Origin: a virus
Lineage: Duplodnaviria; Heunggongvirae; Uroviricota; Caudoviricetes
IMG/VR virus record: IMGVR_UViG_3300033075_000957
Coordinates: 64,001-128,000 of that record
DNA: 64,000 nucleotides
Reading direction: 5' to 3' (one strand)
In this document: positions 57,140 through 64,000 of the stretch, in pieces
How the letters are laid out: the number at the start of each line of letters is the position of its first letter
Numbering within the stretch: position 1 is the first letter of the stretch
Position numbers and translations under genes: made by a program
Notes under the pieces: generated by a model
Seen by the model: the letters and a program-made list of their open reading frames with translations, nothing else
Database searches by the model: none
Told to the model about the DNA's origin: nothing

Positions 57140-57456
57140 GATTGATCCTTTTGCCCTATCATACTATGTAACCTACGAATTTCTGCATTACCCAAATCCA
57201 AAACACTCTTACGACACTCTTCGAATTTTCGAAGCATCTTTTCTTCTTCCGGTGTTAGCGGAATATCCTCGTCCTTAAACTCGCCCCATAAATCTCCGAA
57301 GAAATCCTCAAATTTAGACAGACTGCCTATCATAGTGGTTTTTAAACACCTTTCAGCAATCTGTGCTATATCATTTATACCCCTTTTTTTATTTATTTGC
57401 TGACGAAATTTCTTATTACTTTCGTTCAAATGTCGATAATCTGATCCGTTATTCAT
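57136..57456 (-). CDS. hypothetical protein (tail operon)
   Basis: 106 aa, coupled to both neighbours. Confidence 0.55.
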   Translation of the reverse strand: MNNGSDYRHLNESNKKFRQQINKKRGINDIAQIAERCLKTTMIGSLSKFEDFFGDLWGEFKDEDIPLTPEEEKMLRKFEECRKSVLDLGNAEIRRLHSMIGQKDQS

Positions 57457-58532
57457 TAACCAACTCCCGGATTTTTAATCTGTGCGGCCTTCATGCGAAG
57501 TAATTGTTGAGCATCTGGTAACATACCCGCTTCAATCTGACCCCTTTCGGCAATCACTTTATTGTTTTTAACTATATTCTTTTTAACTGTGGTATTGTTC
57601 ATGGCGTATACACGCTGTGCATCTTCAACTGTTTCGGCCATAATACCTATATCGGTTCCATCCGTATCTTTCAATATTCTTGGGCCATGATCATTTTTAT
57701 CATCTCTGTTCGATTGCGAAGCGAGCCAAGCGTCAAAAGCGTCATCGTCGTCAAATATTTCTGCGGATGGACAATTTGTAGATTCTTTTGCGGCATCGTA
57801 AATCAGCGACCATGTTATTAATGCACGCTGTAAATCTGTTATTTCTATAGAAGGCTTGCCAAATAAGTTACCGGTCTTTTGAGCAGTAAGCCAAACGCTT
57901 CTCCATGGCTCACTTCTTGCAAGTTTACGAATATCTTTTTCTTCAATATTTTTTGGATAAAAGCCGTGATCAAGTATTTCTTGCACTTCGCGATCATAAA
58001 CATCTAAATATTCTTCAAAAGATACATTACTAAAATATTGCTTCATATTAATATTGTACGTTAATAAGTAAATCAAATACTTGTGTTTAATATGATTGGC
58101 TATTGCGTCTGCCGAATTATGAAGCATACTATTCTTAATTCTTTGAATTTCAGAATATTTCTTTTCAAGATTTTCTTTTCGTCTAATTAAAGCCGATTTA
58201 CTAATTGATCTAAATTTACATTTAGCAATTTCTTCGCTTACAGAACGAATCTCTATTGGTATTTGTTTTTCTAATGTTGTATATTCTGTAGTCCATAAGC
58301 CATATTTTTGCATTTTCTCCATTACTTCTTCTGATGTATAAAGACCGTCGTCAAGAAGCGTTTCCATTTCTTGATCGTACATAACATCGGCCAATTGCTT
58401 TTCAAAAATTGAGGGGTCTTTAAGAATCACCTGAGTTTTATTTGAAAGTGCAATCACGGCCTGTCCTGTTACTATTCTCGCGAATAGCCTATCAAGGTCT
58501 AGCTTTTCCTCTGAAATAAGCGGCAAGTGCAA
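57456..58532 (-). CDS. hypothetical protein, possible tail assembly chaperone
   Basis: 358 aa; acidic FDDDDAFDAWL segment; located between tail tube and tape measure genes. Confidence 0.5.
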   Translation of the reverse strand: MHLPLISEEKLDLDRLFARIVTGQAVIALSNKTQVILKDPSIFEKQLADVMYDQEMETLLDDGLYTSEEVMEKMQKYGLWTTEYTTLEKQIPIEIRSVSEEIAKCKFRSISKSALIRRKENLEKKYSEIQRIKNSMLHNSADAIANHIKHKYLIYLLTYNINMKQYFSNVSFEEYLDVYDREVQEILDHGFYPKNIEEKDIRKLARSEPWRSVWLTAQKTGNLFGKPSIEITDLQRALITWSLIYDAAKESTNCPSAEIFDDDDAFDAWLASQSNRDDKNDHGPRILKDTDGTDIGIMAETVEDAQRVYAMNNTTVKKNIVKNNKVIAERGQIEAGMLPDAQQLLRMKAAQIKNPGVG

Positions 58533-59196
58533 ATCCTGTATGATATTCTACAACTTTAAAACCTAATGATTCCATCATCGCACGAGTCTGCGGATGGGCA
58601 CACTGAAAATCATGATAAAAAACAACACAATCTTCACCCATGTACGGTAGTAATACAAGAGTATCGGCGTGAATCTGTTCGAACGAATGGCCACCGTCTA
58701 TAAAGAAGTAATCAAGCTTAACACCTTTGCCAAATGTTTTTTCGATTACGTCGGGCACCGCGTCAGGGGACCATCCGACAGCCAACGATACGGAAGAGTC
58801 GATTCCAAGTTCCTTGTGTAAAGCCGATGCCATCTTATATCCATCCGCCTGTCCTGCTTCCTGTACCGTCCTCGTATTAATGTCATACGCTCCACAGTGG
58901 TTTAATTTCTCTTCAATATAAGCATCTAGCGTCACTAATTGCCCAGCGGTTTCTTTGAACGCTTGGCCAGCTACCGCAGAAGATATGCCAAATGCTGTAG
59001 CAACCTCAAAGCCTTTTTGTAAATTATTTTTACGAATGACATCATATACAATTTTCGCTTCTGTTTCTCGTAGTGACCACGGATGGAAGTGGTTGGTGAG
59101 TTTGATAGAATCGGCAAATTCTCCTCCAACAGATTCTAACTCGAAATTCAGCCCAAAATTCTTTGATAAATCGATCATTTCCTTAAATGTTTTCAT
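58492..59196 (-). CDS. class I SAM-dependent methyltransferase (Methyltransf_24-like)
   Basis: FEVATAFGISS, YFFIDGGHSFE..HAD, VVFYHD. Confidence 0.8.
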   Translation of the reverse strand: MKTFKEMIDLSKNFGLNFELESVGGEFADSIKLTNHFHPWSLRETEAKIVYDVIRKNNLQKGFEVATAFGISSAVAGQAFKETAGQLVTLDAYIEEKLNHCGAYDINTRTVQEAGQADGYKMASALHKELGIDSSVSLAVGWSPDAVPDVIEKTFGKGVKLDYFFIDGGHSFEQIHADTLVLLPYMGEDCVVFYHDFQCAHPQTRAMMESLGFKVVEYHTGFALAAYFRGKARP

Positions 59197-59197
59197 T

Positions 59198-59452
59198 TCA
59201 ATTTCCTTTTTTTTCTTGTGGACGTTTATCTAGGCCCTTTTCCTTCAATATCTGTAACAGATCGTCAATATGCAAACAGTCGCACAAATACGCCCCGGTA
59301 ATTACATTTTGTATTGGAGCAATGCTTCCGTTGCAATAATTATTTCCCGAAATTGCTGAGTGTAAAACTCCTAAAGAGACTATCTTTCCCTCATGATCCA
59401 TCTGTACAATTTTATCTCCATTTTTTGCTTCTCGTCCGTTTCTATAATGCAT
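59198..59452 (-). CDS. small conserved-looking hypothetical protein (MHYRNGREAK..YCNG..CDCLHIDD)
   Basis: ATG 59452 directly after the upstream stop. Confidence 0.55.
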   Translation of the reverse strand: MHYRNGREAKNGDKIVQMDHEGKIVSLGVLHSAISGNNYCNGSIAPIQNVITGAYLCDCLHIDDLLQILKEKGLDKRPQEKKGN

Positions 59453-59453
59453 A

Positions 59454-60086
59454 TCAGTTCCTTTCAATAATCCAAAATCGACGTTTTCCAAATTCTAATT
59501 CTTTAGTATTTTTGTCTTCCCAGTCGTATACATGTGGTAATGAATTAAGTTTACTGGTGGTGTATTTAGTATATTTCACGCCACATTCTTTAAAAATATC
59601 TTCAACATAATTGGTAGTTGGATATCCTCCACGATCACTTAAAGACTGATCCTCGCCCGCTTCTCTGTGATAATGGATATCAGATTCGTCTTTATCCCAA
59701 ATAACGCTTTCTAAAAATAATAAATTGCAATTATTTATACAATTAATAATATGTTCTTTATTGTATTTTTCTAGATGATAAATTAGTCCAAAATTGATAA
59801 TGATATCAAATTTTCCCCATTCCCAATCTTTGACATCAAGATTAGCACAATGCGTTTTTAGATATGGATAAGTATGTTGTATTTTATGAACGTTTTTAGA
59901 ACGGCCTTCAATACATGTAACATCCGCTCCAAGACGATAAAAACAATCGCCTATCCAACCATTATAAGCACCAAGTTCAAGAATTCGTTTTCCTTTAAAA
60001 AATTCTTCACCGAATAAATCAATAAGAAAAAGAACTCTAGACTTTTGCCATCCGCCCCAATATTCGGAAGTCTTATTTATATCCAA
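59454..60086 (-). CDS. class I SAM-dependent methyltransferase
   Basis: KRILELGAYNGWIG, VTCIEGR, FDIIINFGLIYHL, LLFLES. Confidence 0.85.
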   Translation of the reverse strand: MDINKTSEYWGGWQKSRVLFLIDLFGEEFFKGKRILELGAYNGWIGDCFYRLGADVTCIEGRSKNVHKIQHTYPYLKTHCANLDVKDWEWGKFDIIINFGLIYHLEKYNKEHIINCINNCNLLFLESVIWDKDESDIHYHREAGEDQSLSDRGGYPTTNYVEDIFKECGVKYTKYTTSKLNSLPHVYDWEDKNTKELEFGKRRFWIIERN

Positions 60087-60104
60087 AATATCCTCCGTCT
60101 ATCC

Positions 60105-60137
60105 AAAATAAATCGGTTGAGTTTTCACCCAACCGAT
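60105..60137 (-). terminator. intrinsic terminator after the major tail gene
   Basis: ATCGGTTGGGT-GAAA-ACTCAACCGAT followed by TTATTTT on the minus strand. Confidence 0.75.
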
Positions 60138-60150
60138 ATTAAAATTAGGT

Positions 60151-61227
60151 TTAAGATGTGAGTCCAGCAGGGTCGCCCGAGGCAATAACCTTTAAGCTGT
60201 TGAAGTTAACATATTCGTATGAAGTTGTTACGTTGCCGCCGCCTGTATCGCCACCACTAGTACCTACTGTACGAAGCTTATTCCTCGTGCCTAAATCAAT
60301 CGTAACGCCCTGATCTAAACAAATCTTAATAGGCTGATCTGAAAGGTTAGTCGTAGATTCCTGTGCCGCATTAATATTGTCACCGAATTCGTTTGCGGTT
60401 ACTTCAATAGTTGTAGTAACTTCGGTTGGGAAGCTGGCATATCGGAAATATGGACCACGCTTACCAAGTTCAAACAGTTCTTGGCGACCAAGGTTAACGC
60501 TGACGCTGACGTTTTGGATGTGAGCACCGTAACTACCATCGGACATAGTTGGGTTGCGGTTATTACCAGAAATACCGGGGATTTCGTTCGGCCACAGAGA
60601 ATTCGTCATATTTACATTCTGACGACGCTGAGCCGTGCCTGTGGACGGGAATACGCCCGTAGCGTAAGGAGATTCTGTACCAGCAAACTGTGTACCAGTT
60701 GTAAAGAGTCTGCCAGAAGGAACGTTGTACCAAGTCTTATCGTTACCTACGAAAGTAACCGATTCGGTAACAAGACCTTGTACCGGAATATTCCAGTTAA
60801 TAGTATTAACATACATGCCTGACATAACGGTAATACTAAGCGGAGTGCCGCTAGCAAAATCTTGTGTCAGAGGCCAGTATGCGATAGCAATTTGTACACG
60901 AGAGTTGTTATAACGACCGGCTAGTGTAGAAGCGGTGGCTCCAAGCGAGCCTAAATGCTCAAGAAGGGGACGACCGTCTACAACCTTCTCGGCTGTAAAT
61001 TCTACCGCAGGAATGCTTTCAACCTGCTCGTACAACTCTAACTGACCAAGCTGGAAAACCGGCTCTAACTGAAAGTTAATATTTGAAGAACAACTTTGTA
61101 CACCTTTTGCAGCTAAATAACCACTAATACCAGTAGTTAAATAAGCAGTGAGTACAGGTAAGCCTAGAGGGGCAAACCCAACTGCGTTAACAGCGTAATA
61201 AACTCTTTGATTTTGGGCTACTGGCAT
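60151..61227 (-). CDS. major tail (tube) protein
   Basis: 358 aa beta-rich; GVQSCSSNINF..VFQLGQLELYE; has its own upstream motif and terminator; follows the tail terminator-like gene. Confidence 0.7.
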   Translation of the reverse strand: MPVAQNQRVYYAVNAVGFAPLGLPVLTAYLTTGISGYLAAKGVQSCSSNINFQLEPVFQLGQLELYEQVESIPAVEFTAEKVVDGRPLLEHLGSLGATASTLAGRYNNSRVQIAIAYWPLTQDFASGTPLSITVMSGMYVNTINWNIPVQGLVTESVTFVGNDKTWYNVPSGRLFTTGTQFAGTESPYATGVFPSTGTAQRRQNVNMTNSLWPNEIPGISGNNRNPTMSDGSYGAHIQNVSVSVNLGRQELFELGKRGPYFRYASFPTEVTTTIEVTANEFGDNINAAQESTTNLSDQPIKICLDQGVTIDLGTRNKLRTVGTSGGDTGGGNVTTSYEYVNFNSLKVIASGDPAGLTS

Positions 61228-61259
61228 GATTTACCACCTATTTTTATGAACTAGAAACT

Positions 61260-61267
61260 TATACACC
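61260..61267 (-). promoter_or_regulatory. candidate late-promoter motif GGTGTATA
   Basis: intergenic, 32 nt before ATG 61227 of the major tail gene. Confidence 0.5.
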
Positions 61268-61290
61268 AAAACACTTAATTTATTTGAAAA

Positions 61291-62217
61291 TTATGAAGGA
61301 ATAACATCAACTTCTAAGCCAATTGATACTTTAGCATACTTAATAGGCAAATAGTCTTTAACTGTCTTAGAAATTTTTGCATCTTCTCTAAAAATCGCCT
61401 GACCGATTCTCCACGAAGGATTCATGGTTCCCCACGTTACACCAGAAACAAGTTGTCCTTGATAATTTAATGCTCGCGGAGCATTTTTATAGTCTAATAT
61501 CGGCAACGCTTTAGTTTCTAGAAAATAACAGACATCCTGTAGAATGGCCCTCTCGTTTGGATTAGTTGTAAAAATATCAAATGTTATTTGTGCAGACATG
61601 ACTTTCGCCCGCGAACCAAGATGCATTCCACGGAGAGTATTATATGAAGGAATAGAAACAAACATACATGGTAGATAAGCAAACTGTTCTAATGACACCA
61701 TAGTTCCGCTAGTATTTGTACCAAACCAATCCATGGATGAAACAAGTTTAAAATATTCTTGAGATTCTTTAGGATAAACGCTAACCCATCGATCTGAATG
61801 CGGACATTGTACCACACTACCACTTGGTATAGGATTAGCAAAAACAACATGTCCGCGAGAGAAATCGATGTAATAACCAGTTCCAGCGACAGGCGTCCCT
61901 GTGGGAACGAATGACCCGTTAAATACAATTCCAGAAGGAATAATCGGAGCGGTCACTCCGGCAGATTTTGGAGTCACTGATTCATAAACCCAATCCGGTT
62001 TGGCACCAGTGTAAACGGTATACGGAACATAACCGGTAACTGTAACAGGACTTAATCTGGATTGATCTTGTCCATTTGGACCAACCATTCCGCTGGTAAC
62101 GTTATAATAAGCACCTAATTCGAGCAGTCCATAACGCATAAATTGCATAATATTCTGCATTAATAAATGCTCTAAAGTATAATCTCCGTAATATTGAATG
62201 CCATCTAAATTACTCAT
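61291..62217 (-). CDS. putative tail terminator / neck protein
   Basis: 308 aa; C-terminal YLPCMFVS..QITFDIF..ER..LQD pattern; gene order. Confidence 0.5.
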   Translation of the reverse strand: MSNLDGIQYYGDYTLEHLLMQNIMQFMRYGLLELGAYYNVTSGMVGPNGQDQSRLSPVTVTGYVPYTVYTGAKPDWVYESVTPKSAGVTAPIIPSGIVFNGSFVPTGTPVAGTGYYIDFSRGHVVFANPIPSGSVVQCPHSDRWVSVYPKESQEYFKLVSSMDWFGTNTSGTMVSLEQFAYLPCMFVSIPSYNTLRGMHLGSRAKVMSAQITFDIFTTNPNERAILQDVCYFLETKALPILDYKNAPRALNYQGQLVSGVTWGTMNPSWRIGQAIFREDAKISKTVKDYLPIKYAKVSIGLEVDVIPS

Positions 62218-62870
62218 TATCCTACTACTTTCTGAATATTTTCAGTAATTATACGAATCGCCTTTTCCTTGAACGATTCACTATTAAGCAATTCTGCAAT
62301 AAATCCACCCGAAGACGAAGCTGGGAAAACATCATAATCTGATGCTTGCCAATCACCCCGTCCAAGATGCAACATGATACCGCGACCCGAGCGAGATTCA
62401 TCAAAGGCACCGATAATTAAATTGGCGTCAACTCTACCGTCAAACAATATCCAATTAAGCCAATCGACTCTTGCACCGGAATCCGTATCATAGCTTCCGC
62501 CCGGATAATTATCTCGTAAAAAATCTGATAGATTTTCACTAGTTAATTGAAAATAGATAGCGTTATTTCTAGAAATAAATTTTGTAAACTTTAAAGAATC
62601 ACCTAATATATTTCCAATTTTCTCATCGATGTCATCTACGTCAAATGGATAGAAACCTAAAATTGCCATTACATCACGATCTACATCTCCAGCATATCCA
62701 CCGCGTAAACCAATAGAAAAATCAGTTTTTCGATATTCTTCAATAAACGCTCGACGCAATTTGTTGATAGACAACTCTGTGGCTGAGCGAACAATCTTTG
62801 GCAATTCATATTTTGCCATATATTTTTTGATATCTTGTTCAAATGCAGAAAAATCGATTTTAATAGACAT
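62217..62870 (-). CDS. putative tail-completion/neck protein
   Basis: TAATG-coupled start at 62870; gene order between stopper and terminator. Confidence 0.45.
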   Translation of the reverse strand: MSIKIDFSAFEQDIKKYMAKYELPKIVRSATELSINKLRRAFIEEYRKTDFSIGLRGGYAGDVDRDVMAILGFYPFDVDDIDEKIGNILGDSLKFTKFISRNNAIYFQLTSENLSDFLRDNYPGGSYDTDSGARVDWLNWILFDGRVDANLIIGAFDESRSGRGIMLHLGRGDWQASDYDVFPASSSGGFIAELLNSESFKEKAIRIITENIQKVVG

Positions 62871-63337
62871 TAGACGATTCGCTCCCAAAAGCTGATAGAA
62901 TAACGCTTACAAAAACCATAGGGGATTGGATCGCGAATCATTTTAATCTTATAACCATTGATTTGAGCATAAGACGCATTTAAAAGTTTTTGCTGATCGG
63001 TTGTATAAGAATTAATTTGCACTACGTTTAAATTATCACGCAAATCTACTGGAAATTTTGAATTAACACTATTCCAATAAGAACGAACCTTAATAGTTTC
63101 TGATAAAACCGACTGCTGATACCCCGCCCCACCTTCGCTAATTCGGTTGTGAAGATTTTCGATAAAACTCTGTGAATTATAAGCGTCTAAAATACCAGAC
63201 GGTACAGGAGAGTTAGTAACAGAAGTGAGTATCGGATTCTTATAGTATAACGTTAACTCTGCCGCGTTAATAGTTTCTATTAGCTCGTCGGCCTGATCGT
63301 TGTAGATATTTTTCAGACTGTCCCATGGTATTGTCAT
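62870..63337 (-). CDS. putative head-closure (stopper) protein
   Basis: 155 aa, beta-rich; gene order. Confidence 0.45.
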   Translation of the reverse strand: MTIPWDSLKNIYNDQADELIETINAAELTLYYKNPILTSVTNSPVPSGILDAYNSQSFIENLHNRISEGGAGYQQSVLSETIKVRSYWNSVNSKFPVDLRDNLNVVQINSYTTDQQKLLNASYAQINGYKIKMIRDPIPYGFCKRYSISFWERIV

Positions 63338-63340
63338 TAA

Positions 63341-63850
63341 TTACCTCGCCCACGAACGCCCCGTCTCATCCATTGTTGGAAAATTAAGCGAATTATACGG
63401 TTGCAATACCGCCGCACCAGCAAACATATTTCCAGTTTCAAAATCTTCTTTTGCCATTTCGTACTGGTCGGTCCATAACTTACTCTTAATCTTTAAAGAA
63501 TCAACGACGCTAGTCGTATCGATTGTCGATCTGTCGTCTATGATTTTATATCCAGCAGAACCGCTCAGCGTACGCAGTTCAGATGTATTCAGAAGAATCG
63601 CTGCCCGCAAGACAATCAGATTGCCTATTCCTTGTGGTACCGTTGAATCTGTAGGGTCGGGAGTTATAGTTGGAGTATCTGTGTCTATTGTGTATGGACC
63701 GCCAATGTTCCAGTCGTTATACGTACTTAAGACATCGATCGCGGCGATGGCCAATAAAGTTTCTAAAATATTATTTGTGTAAGTATACGTAGGCGTATAG
63801 TCGCCTATATAATAACGAAATCGATTAACTAGTGTGGTAGTCCATGCCAT
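63341..63850 (-). CDS. putative head-tail adaptor (gp6-like)
   Basis: helical; RFRYYIGD...TYT..ILETLL; size and position. Confidence 0.5.
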   Translation of the reverse strand: MAWTTTLVNRFRYYIGDYTPTYTYTNNILETLLAIAAIDVLSTYNDWNIGGPYTIDTDTPTITPDPTDSTVPQGIGNLIVLRAAILLNTSELRTLSGSAGYKIIDDRSTIDTTSVVDSLKIKSKLWTDQYEMAKEDFETGNMFAGAAVLQPYNSLNFPTMDETGRSWAR

Positions 63851-63852
63851 AA

Positions 63853-64000
63853 TTAAATCGTATTATAATTATACTGACGAATTCCGTTATATTCGACTTC
63901 AACCGTACCAGCCAAACTTAGCTGGCCAATATGAGTAACCGGCTGTCGAATCTGAATTGATTGGCCGCTACCAAGTGGAAAACCGCCCTGCTGATCGTAA
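63853..64000 (-). CDS. 3' end of an upstream gene, truncated by the window edge
   Basis: open frame YDQQGGFPLGSGQSIQIRQPV...NYNTI ending TAA at 63853. Confidence 0.55.
   Translation of the reverse strand, partial: YDQQGGFPLGSGQSIQIRQPVTHIGQLSLAGTVEVEYNGIRQYNYNTI

Noticed and set aside
57136-58532. Programmed -1 frameshift between tail chaperones
   Set aside because: The A-run near 57385 (AAT AAA AAA AGG) is not an in-frame X XXY YYZ heptamer, and the three ORFs already have coupled starts.
58492-60086. DNA methyltransferases or a restriction-modification system
   Set aside because: No DPPY/NPPY/PCQ catalytic motifs; the proteins resemble small-molecule or glycan methyltransferases.
60081-60110. 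10-nt direct repeat ATCCAAAATA
   Set aside because: Only two AT-rich copies around an RBS and start codon; compatible with chance.
41664-63850. Contractile tail, tailocin or eCIS
   Set aside because: No sheath, gp25-like or baseplate J/I genes were recognised; the long tape measure and single tube gene fit a siphovirus-like tail, and the window also carries a full replication module.
1-64000. Alternative genetic code (TAG or TGA reassignment)
   Set aside because: Conserved genes are full length in the standard code; TAG (e.g. 6446, 8669, 26507, 35251) and TGA in ATGA overlaps end genes at expected positions.

Overview
The whole window reads as a fragment of a large, AT-rich (sampled lines about 33-45% GC) tailed dsDNA bacteriophage genome in the standard genetic code, organised as two convergent arms that meet at about 36.0 kb. 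The plus-strand arm (1-36.0 kb) has small early genes, including an orphan receiver domain, MazG and a DUF5662/HD-like protein. A recombination and replication block follows: RecA, DnaB, DnaG, dNMP kinase, IMPDH/GMPR, RNase H, a RecB-like nuclease, and a Pol III alpha (DnaE) split into two genes without an intein. A degenerate LAGLIDADG, a DEDDh exonuclease and a PD-(D/E)xK nuclease lie between the two DnaE halves. Next come a ~12.5 kb glycan-biosynthesis locus (3 GT4, GT2, GT8-like, 2 WavE-like, BcbE-like nucleotidyltransferase, HAD, GDPD-like, cupin) and a Whirly-like SSB with a DDIPF tail. The minus-strand arm (36.0-64 kb) is a siphovirus-like neck and tail morphogenesis operon: adaptor, stopper, tail terminator, tail tube, chaperones, a 1695-aa tape measure and Ser/Thr/Gly-rich tail proteins. 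It also holds two inserted SAM methyltransferases, a 1487-aa Cys-rich protein with a small Cys-rich partner, and a membrane-anchored holin-like protein fused to a PAS domain. A ~1 kb GC-rich island lies at 8.67-9.69 kb. A recurrent (G)GTGTATA motif upstream of structural genes is a candidate late promoter. No tRNA, CRISPR array, integrase or intein was recognised. All family calls come from motif recognition by eye, not from database searches.
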